A DNA stretch of 64,000 bases from Eledone cirrhosa (Eukaryota). The stretch is taken from contig OZ024741.1 in the NCBI GenBank assembly GCA_964016885.1, positions 11,966,001 to 12,030,000 on the forward strand. The letters are read 5' to 3'. A program made the translations under genes and the position numbers. Below, piece after piece: positions 54,305 through 64,000 of the stretch; within the stretch, counting starts at the first letter, position 1; each line of letters opens with the position of its first letter. The notes under the pieces are model-generated. The model ran no database searches and was not told the origin of the DNA. It worked only from the letters and a program-made list of their open reading frames with translations.

Positions 54305-57300
54305 GGGGTAGCTAGAACATATTGGAGCTAACACAGAGTTAGTAACACTTAGTGTATCTAACATATAGTGTAGCTAACATATAGTGTAGCAAACTTATAG
54401 TGGAGTTAATATATAGTGTAGCTAATATATAGTGTAGCTAATATATAGTGTATCTAACATATAGTGGAGCTAACATATAGTGTAGCTAACATATAGTGGA
54501 GTTAATATATAGTGTAGCTAATATATAGTGTAGCTAACATATAGTGTATCTAACATATAGTGGAGCTAACATATAGTGTAGCTAACATAGTGTAGCTAAC
54601 ATATAGTGGAGCTAACATATAGTGTAGCTAACATATAGTGTAGCTAACATATAGTGTAGCAAACTTATAGTGGAGTTAATATTTAGTGTAGCTAATAAAT
54701 AGTGTATCTAATATATAGTGTATCTAACATATAGTGGAGTTAACATATAGTGTAGCTAACATAGTGTAGCTAACATATAGTGGAGCTAACATATAGTGTA
54801 GCTAACATATAGTGGAGCTAACATATAGTGTAGCTAACATATAGTGTAGTTAATATATAGTGGAGCTAACATATAGTGTAGCTAATATATAGTGTAGCTA
54901 ACGTATAGTGTAGCTAAAATATAGTGTAGCTAACATATAGTGGAGCTAAAATATAGTGTAGCTAACATATAGTGGAGCTAATATATAGTGTAACTATAAT
55001 ATAGTGGAGCTAACATATAGTGTAGCTAACATATAGTGTAGCTAATATATAGTGTAGCTAACATATAGTGGAGCTAACATATAGTGGAGCTAATATATAG
55101 TGTAGCTAATATATAGTGTAGCTAACATATAGTGTAATTAACATATAGTGTAGCTAACATATAGTGTAGCTAACATATAGTGTAGCTAACATATAGTGGA
55201 GCTAACACATAGTTAGTAACACTTAGTGTAGCTAACATATAGTGTAGCTAACATATAGTGTAGCTAATATATAGTGTAGCTAATATATAGTGGAGCTAAT
55301 ATATAGTGTAGCTAATATATAGTGTAGCTAACATATAGTGGAGCTAATATATAGTGTAGCTAATATATAGTGTAGCTAACATATAGTGTAGCTAATATAT
55401 AGTGTAGCTAACATATAGTGTAGCTAACATATAGTGGAGCTAATATATAGTGTAGCTAATATATAGTGAAGCTAACATATAGTGTAGTTAACATATAGTG
55501 TAGCTAACATATAGTGTAGCTAACATATAGTGTAGCTAACATATAGTGTAGCTAATATATAGTATAGCTAATATATAGTGCAGCTAATATATAGTGTAGC
55601 TAATATATAGTGTAGCTAATATATAGTGTAGCTAATATATAGTGTAGCTAAAATATAGTGTAGTTAATATATAGTGTAGCTAACATATAGTGGAGCTAAC
55701 ATATAGTGTAGTTAATATAGTTAACATATAGTGTAGTTAATATATAGTGTAGCTAACATATAGTGTAGCTAACATATAGTATAGCTAACATATAGTGTAG
55801 CTAACATATAGTGTAGCTAATATATAGTGTAGCTAATATATAGTGTAGCTAACATATAGTGTAGCTAATATATAGTGTAGCTAATATATAGTTTAGCTAA
55901 TATATAGTGTAGCTAACATATAGTGTAGCTAACATATAGTGTAGCTAATATATAGTGTAGCTAATATATAGTGTAGCTAACATATAGTGTAGCTCATATA
56001 TAGGGTAGCTAACATATAGTGTAGCTAATATATAGTGTAGCTAATATATAGTGCAGCTAACATATAGTGTAGCTAATATATAGTGTAGCTAACATATAAT
56101 GGAGCTAACATATAGTGTAGCTAATATATAGTGTAGCTAACAAATAGTGTAGCTAACATATAGTGTAGCTAACATATAGTGTAGCTAATATATAGTGTAG
56201 CTAACACATAGTGTAGCTAACATATATTGTAGCTAATATATAGTGTAGCTAATATATAGTGTAGCTAACATATAGTGGAGCTAACATATAGTGTAGCTAA
56301 TATATAGGGTAGCTAACATATAGTGTAGTTAACATATAGTGTAGCTAACATATAGTGTAGCTAATATATAGTGTAGCTAATATATAGTGTAGCTAACATA
56401 TAGTGTAGCTAATATATAGTGTAGCTAACATATAGTGTAGCTAACAGATAGTGTAGCTAATATACATTGTAGCTAATATATAGTGTAGCTAATATATAGT
56501 GTAGCTAACATATAGTGTAGCTAACATATATTGTAGCTAATACATAGTGGATCTAACATATAGTGTAGCTAACATATAGTGTAGCTAATATATAGTGTAT
56601 CTAACAAATAGTGGAGCTAACATATAGTGTAGCTAATATATAGTGTAGCTAACATATAGTGGAGCTAATATATAGTGTAGCTAACAGATATTGGAGCCAA
56701 CATATAGTATAGGTAACATAGAGTGTAGGTAACATATAGTGGAGCTAATATATAGTGTAGCTAATATATAGTGTAGCTAACATATATTGTAGCTAATATA
56801 TAGTGTAGCTAATATATAGTGTAGCTAACAGATAGTGGAGCTAACATATAGTATAGGTAATATATAGTGGAGCTAACATATAGTGTAGCTAATATATACT
56901 ATAGCTAACATATAGTGTAGCTAACATATAGTGTAGCTAACATATAGTGTAGCTAATATATAGTATAGCTAATATATAGTGTAGCTAACATATAGTGTAG
57001 CTAATATATAGTGTAGTTAATATATAGTGGAGCTAACATATAGTGTAGCCAATATATAGTGTAGCTAACATATAATGGAGCTAATATATAGTGTAGCTAA
57101 TATATAGTGTAGCTAACATATAGTGTAGCTAACATATAGTGTAGCTAATATATAGTGTAGCTAACATATAGTGTAGCTAACATATATTGTAGCTAATATA
57201 TAGTGTAGCTAATATATAGTGTAGCTAACATATAGTGTAGTTAACATATAGTGTAGCTAACATATAGTGTAGCTAATATATAGTGTAGCTAATATATAGT

Positions 57301-58510
57301 GTAGCTAACATATAGTGTAGCTAATATATAGTGTAGCTAACATATAGTGTAGCTAACATATAGTGTAGCTAACATATATTGTAGATAATATATAGTGGAG
57401 CTAACATGTAGTGTAGCTACTATATAGTGTAGCTAATATATAGTGTAGCTAACAGATAGTGGAGCTAATATATAGTTTAGCTAATATATAGTGTAGCTAA
57501 CAGATAGTGGAGCTAACATATAGTATATGTAACATATAGTGTAGGTAACATATAGTGGAGCTAATATATAGTGTAGCTAATATATAGTGTAGCTAACAGA
57601 TAGTGTAGCTAATATATAGTTTAGCTAATATATAGTGTAGCTAACAGATAGTGGAGCTAACATATAGTGTATCTAATATATTGTGTAGTTAACATATAAT
57701 GTAGCTAACATATAATGTAGCTAACATATAGTGTAGCTAACATTTAGTGTAGCTAACATATAGTGTAGCTAATATACGTAAGCTCCACTATATATTAGTT
57801 ACACTATATTTTAGCTACACTATATGTTAGCTACACTATATGTTAGCGACACTATATGTTAGCTACACTATATGTTAGCTACACTTGATATTAGCTACAC
57901 TATATGTTAACTACACTATATGTTAGCTACACTATATGTTAGCTACACTATGTGTTAGCTACACTATATATTAGCTAGACTATATGTTAGCTCCACTATA
58001 TATTAGCTACACTATATATTAGCTATACTATATATTAGCTACACTATGTTAGCTACACTATATGTTAGCTCCACTATATGTTAGCTACACTATATATTAA
58101 CTACACTATATATTAGCTACACTATATATTAGCTACACTATTTGTTAGCTACACTATATGTTAGCTACACTATATGTTAGCTACACTATATATTAGCTAC
58201 ACTCTATATTAGCTACACTATATGTTAGCTACACTATATGTTAGCTACACTATATGTTACCTACACCATATGTTAGCTACACTATATATTAGCTATACTA
58301 TATATTAGCTACACTATATGTTAGCTACACTATATATCAGCTACACTATATATTAGCTACACTATATATTAGCTACACTATATGTTAGCTCTACATATAG
58401 TGTAGCTAAGAGATAGTGGAGCTAACATATACTGTAGCTAATATATAGTGGAGCTAACATATAGTGTAGCTAACATATAGTGTAACTAATATATAGTGGA
58501 GCAAATATAT
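54305..58510 (+). repeat. 16-bp tandem satellite, consensus TAGTGTAGCTAA(C/T)ATA (left block)
   Basis: Period 16 (e.g. 55745, 55761). Frequent GTGGAG variant and a degenerate left edge. Confidence 0.97.
57781..58391 (-). repeat. Inverted segment of the 16-bp satellite (about 38 monomers)
   Basis: Reads TATGTTAGCTACACTA, the reverse complement of the monomer, between two orientation switches. Confidence 0.95.
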
Positions 58511-61500
58511 ATCTTTCTTTATTTGCCACAGGGGTGTACAAAAATGGGACAATACAAGACGTGACAGCGGGAGTTTTACATAAAAATAACTTTAACATTA
58601 ATAAATAACAATAAACTATATATAATAAAATAACAATTGGAATGCCCAGTAGGGGGGAACGTTACTGCAGGGTTGTTTTAGACCCCGTGGATAGAACAAC
58701 CCTCAACACCAGGAACACGTTTTGTAGGTGTTCCTGTCTTCCCTCTGTTTATCTTCCTCAACCTACAGGTTTATATACAGGGAAGGCCCATTCACTCGGG
58801 CCATTTTTGCCACATTCACCCACCTTTCAGCGAATTTACTGGGGTGTAGCACTTCTCTCTCCACTCTCATCTTCATTCTGAAGTGATACTTAAAGAAGGG
58901 GATAAGTTGTTGTCCGGAGAGAAAGGTGTTTGTCCTCAGTCCTTTTAACCTCGTCCACCATATTACCTCTTTTGCCATAGACACCAGACAGAGGAAAACC
59001 GCCTCTCCTTCGTTCTTAAATGAAGGCCGCGGGGTGATCCTCACGATGGACTCGACTGACAACTGGATGCGTCCAACACGTGACAGCAGCTGTTCGACAT
59101 AATTCCACAGGTCGGTTACTCCTGGGCACTGAACAATTGCGTGCAGAACGGTTTCGATGTCCTGCTCGCATCATGGACAGGTCCTTTTGGCAGGATCTCT
59201 GCCAGGTCGTCCGTGCCTGTAGATTTTGTCTCGAACTGGAAGAGGTCGTTGGTAGCACTGCCAGGCCAGAGACCTCTGGAAGTTATCCATAGGCCCTGGA
59301 CGGAAAGTCCTCCCGACAGACCGGTCAGTTCGTCCTCCTCGATGCCTAGAGTTTCCCCGAGAACGTCGTCGCACTTATCCTCCACTAATCCCCTATAGAA
59401 TGTCGAAATAGAGTCTCCTCTGATTGCCGTGTCCGCTTGGTAGAGGGCTGTGTGCGCCTGTAGGCACTCGAGGTGCCAGGCACCCATTTTCAGTCTTCGC
59501 TTGACCCAGGACTGCAGCTGTGTTAGTGAGACGAGTTGTGGAAGAGCTTGTCTCACAAACGACAGCCACACCGGTTAACCGGTCAGGAATACCTGGAGAT
59601 GGCATAGCCTCAGCGCATGTTTGCGCATCATCAGCCACGGCATGCCCAGCCCGCAGTTAGAAGGGTGTTGACAGCAGCTGGATCTCCTCCCCAATGGAGC
59701 CTGTTTCTTCCAGAGGAACTTGAAGAGTAGGCGTTCCATTTTGGTAAGGTATTTGCGGGGTCAAGCGGTAGTAGATGACGGACGCTATGTAAGTGTTCGC
59801 CACCTCCGCTCGACCTTTCAAGGAGAGTTTGTACTCAGCCCACTTCTGGGTGAGTGCAAACACCTTCGCCGTGACCTCGTTTCAGTTCTTGTCCACCTGG
59901 AGGTCTGGACCGAACCAGACCCCGAGCAATTTCACCGGTCCTTCCGTCCAGCGTCCAACTACACTGTCGGAAGGCATGGGTTTGCCTCTCCATGTGCGGA
60001 GTTGCAAACCGACAGACTTGTTTGGGTTTAGTCTTGCTCCTGTCAACGTTTCGTATTCCTGTAATAGGTTGCCGATTACCCTGATTTCCGAGGTTTTCGA
60101 CACCATTACGGTTACGTCGTCGGCATAGGCTGACGCTGCTTTCCGCAGTCCTGGTTCGATCGGGATGCCGTGCAACAGCTCCAATTTCCGCAGTAACGGC
60201 TCGAGAGTCAGTACATACAGAATGGAGGAGAGGGGGAATCCCTGACGGATGGAACGCATGATTTGGAATGGCTCTGATAGGTAGCCATTCACCTTGAGTG
60301 CCGAGCAGATGCTGGTGTACATGGTAGCGATCCAGCCTCTGAAGATGGGACCGAAGCCGGCCGCCTTGAGAACTGCTTCCAAGTATTGATGGTCGACCCT
60401 ATAGACTGATCTAAATTGATAAGATCCCCACCAAAGCCAGGTTTACACCCTACCCTCTGTATGATGTATCGCATGAGGTGGAGGTTGTCGTGTATGAACC
60501 TGGTCGGGATTGCACACGTTTGGGCTTCCTCTACCAGGTTCTCGACGACAAGCGCCAGCCTTGCTGCTAACATCTTGTCCAAAATCTTTAACTCTGTGTT
60601 GAGCAGAGTTATGGGCCTGAAATTGCTTATCTCATCCCCCTTGTTCTCATCTTTCCTGATCAGCATTACTACGCCTCTGCCTACAGAACTGGGAATCCTC
60701 CCGTTCTGCTGCCAGTTGCAGTAGACCGCTTCGAGGACGCCAGAGAACAGGTCTGGTATGCCTATGTAAAACTCATAGGGTAGACCATCTAAACCGGGTG
60801 ATTTGCGTTTCCCGCAGCGGCCTAGGGCATCTTCTATTTCGCCCGCTGTGATCGGCCTTTCGCAGCTTTCCGCATCCGTGCTCGAGAGTCGCGGTACGCC
60901 GTCGAGGTAGGAGCTGATGTCCATCACCTCTCTCGATGTACCGCTTTGCCCGAACAGTTGTGCAAAATGCTACTGGAAGGCCGCGCACATCTGCTTGGAT
61001 TCAAGTATAATGCGTCCATCTTTGTCTTGCAAAGACCGAATTGTGGATTTCTTGCCACTTTTAGCCTCTGCCACTCGGGCCCAGCTAACATCTTTGGCTC
61101 CCTCGTTTCTTAGAGACCGTGTTCTACTTATAACAATACAACCTTCGTGTTTCACGTTGAAGAACTGGTCTAGTGCCGTTCTCGCCGCTAGCACGTCAGC
61201 TGTACTGCCATTCCTAAGTGCCTCTTCTATTTTAGCTACCAGTCCCTTTTCAGTTTTGTATTTTTCTAAAGCTACTTCCTTACTAAATGCTATTGATTCT
61301 ATTCTAATTGCTCTCTTGAGAGAGCTCCACCACCTGTTGTTGACGATCGCCCCCGTCAACTGGCACTTAATTAAGGTGCTAATCCATTTACTGTAGACCT
61401 TACGCGCCGGTGCGACATGTTTAGCTTCCGGTATCCGCGTCCCTGTCTATGTGTTCTATCAAGGTTGACTAAGCAGGTGACTAATTTGTGGTCTGAATAG

Positions 61501-61870
61501 GCAACCATGTGCATTTGTGGACAGTTTAATGTTTCCTTATCATTCTGTCTAATTAAAAATCCATCTAAATACGATCTAGAAGACCCAGTGCGGTTGCTCC
61601 ACGTCCACAGTGGTGCACTAGGGAAGTCTAGTCGATATCTATCAGGCAGTTGGAATTGGCTGATGAGGCTATTATCCCCCCCCCCTCTCCCCCCCCACAC
61701 ACACTCTATTATCACGAACTCCTACATAGTCCCAACGTGCGTCTCAGATGCCATTCCAGTTCCCCGATAACACTAAGGAGCAAGACGTTCCCAGGAATGG
61801 CTCCAGACGCTTGAAGAACTCTGGTCACGATGTCCCGGTCGGGGCATATACGGCCACCAGTATGAAAGCT
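58505..61870 (-). mobile_element. 5'-truncated Tx1-like LINE E4 (divergent subfamily) inserted in the 16-bp satellite
   Basis: The minus strand starts inside the endonuclease (AFILVAVYAPTG) and ends CCCCTGTGGCAAATAAAGAAAG-ATATATAT. Satellite lies on both sides. Confidence 0.93.
58763..61870 (-). pseudogene. E4 ORF2 remnant (partial APE endonuclease, RT, C-terminal domain)
   Basis: YSDHK, PGLDGLP, RPITLLN, RQGFPLS, AYADD, ...ARVNGPSLYINL*. Many frameshifts. Confidence 0.92.
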
Positions 61871-64000
61871 CATAGTGGAGCTAATATATAGTGGAGCTGA
61901 CATATAGTGTAGCTAACATATAGTGGAGCTAACATATAGTGGAGCTAACATATAGTGTAGCTAACATATAGTGGAGCTAACATATAGTTTAGCTAATATA
62001 TAGTGTAGCTAACATATAGTGTAGCTAATATATAGTGGAGTTAACATATAGTGTAGCTAACATATAGTGTAGTTAACATTTAGTGTAGCTAACATATAGT
62101 GTAGCTAACATATAGTGTAGCTAAAATATAGTGTAGCTAAGATATAGTGTAGCTAACATATAGTGTAGGTAACATATAGTGTAGCTAATATATAGTGCAG
62201 CTAATATATAGTGTAGCTAACATATAGTGTAGCTAAGATATAGTGTAGCTAATATATGCAGTAGTTAACATTTAGTGTAGCTAATATATAGTGTAGTTAA
62301 CATATAATGTAGCTAACATATAGTGTAGCTAACATATAGTGTAGCTAATATATAGTGTAGCTAACATATATTGTAGCTAATATATAGTGCAGCTAACTTA
62401 TAGTGTAGATAATATATAGTGTAGCTAACATATAGTGTAGCTAACATATGGTGTAGCTAAAATATAGTGTAGCTAATATATAGTGTAGCTAACATATAGT
62501 GTAGCTAATATATAGTGTAGCTAATATATAGTGTAGCTAATATATAGTGTAGCTAATGTATAGTGTAGCTAACATATAGTGTAGCTAATATATAGTGTAG
62601 CTAACATAAAGTGTAGCTAACATATAGTGGAGCTAACATATAGTGTTGCTAATATATAGTGTAGCTAACATATAGTGTAGCTAACATATGGTGTAGCTAA
62701 CATATCGTGTAGCTAACATATAGTGTAGCTAACATATAGTGTAGCTAACATATAGTGGAGCTAGCATATAGTGTAGCTAACATATAGTGTAGCTAATATA
62801 TAGTGTAGCTAATATATAGTGTAGCTAATATATAGTGTAGCTAACATATAGTGGAGCTAATATATAGTGTAGCTAACATATAGAGTAGCTAACATATAGT
62901 TTAGCTAACATATAGTGTAGCTAACATATAGTGTAGCTAACATATAGTGTAGCTAACATATAGTGTAGCTAATATATAGTGTAGCTAATATATAGTGTAG
63001 CTAACATATAGTGTAGCTAACACAGAGTGGAGATAATATATAGTGGAGCTAATATATAGTGTAATTAATATATAGTCTAGCTAACATATAGTGTAGTTAA
63101 CATATAGTGGACCTAATATATAGTGGAGCTAACATATAGTGTAATTAATATATAGTGTAGTTAATATATAGTGTAATTAATATATAGTCTAGCTAACATA
63201 TAGTGTGGCTAACATATAGTGGACCTAATATATAGTGGAGCTAACATATAGTGGAGCTAATATATAGTGTAATTAATATATAGTCTAGCTAACATATAGT
63301 GTAGCTAATATATAGTGGACCTAATATATAGTGGAGCTAACATATAGTGGAGCTAATATATAATGGACCTAATATATAGTATAGCTAACATATAGTGTAG
63401 CTAACATATAATGGAGCTAACATATAGTGTAGCTAATATATAGTGGACCTAATATATAGTGTAGCTAATATATAGTGGAGCTAACATATAGTGTAGCTAA
63501 CATATAGTGGAGCTAATACGTATAGTGGAGCTAACATATAGTGGAGCTAACATATAGTCTAGCTAATATATAGTGTAGCTAACATATAGTGTAGCTAACA
63601 CAGAGTGGAGATAATATATAGTGAAGCTAATATATAGTGTAGCTAACATATAGTGTAGCTGATATATAATGTAGCTAATATATAGTGTAGCTAACATGTA
63701 GTGTAGCTAACACAGAGTGGAGATAATATATAGTGAAGCTAATATATAGTGTAGCTAACATATAGTGTAGCTGATATATAGTGTAGCTAACATATAGTGT
63801 AGCTAACATATAGTGTAGCTAATATATATTGTAGCTAAGATATAGTGGAGCTAACATATAGTGTAGCTAACATATAGTGTAGCTAACATATAGTGGAGCT
63901 AACATATAGTGTAGCTGATATATAGTGTAGCTAACATATAGTGGAGCTAACATATAGTGTAGCAAACTTATAGTGGAGCTAACATATAATATAGGTAACA
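61871..64000 (+). repeat. 16-bp tandem satellite (right block, continues past the right edge of the window)
   Basis: Same monomer and orientation as 54305-57780. Confidence 0.97.

Noticed and set aside
54305-64000. Telomeric repeat array
   Set aside because: The 16-bp AT-rich monomer lacks a TTAGGG-like G-run and is variable.

Overview
Eukaryotic, repeat-only window with no recognisable host gene. The AT-rich microsatellite background suggests an invertebrate, but the taxon cannot be determined from sequence alone. Layout: (1) 1-33845 is a 34-bp satellite array with nested higher-order duplications of about 7.0 kb, 4024 bp and 1554 bp. (2) A short unique spacer follows, containing a decayed 3' fragment of an RLE-type (CRE-like) non-LTR element and microsatellites. 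(3) 35544-52951 is a head-to-tail train of L1-clade Tx1-like LINEs: three with intact 5' ends (E1, E2, E3) and one 3' fragment, each bounded by (ATT)n. (4) (TA)n tracts enclose an 88-bp near-perfect hairpin. (5) About 54305-64000 is a 16-bp satellite containing a 610-bp inversion and a 5'-truncated minus-strand Tx1-like LINE (E4). All LINE ORFs are disrupted. Most notable observations: a GTAAGT splice donor at every ORF1 stop whose first downstream AG fuses ORF1 in frame to ORF2 (sequestered in a perfect hairpin in E1); apparent (ATT)n targeting that builds tandem LINE trains; an ORF1/ORF2 chimera (E2); and templated repair scars in E3.
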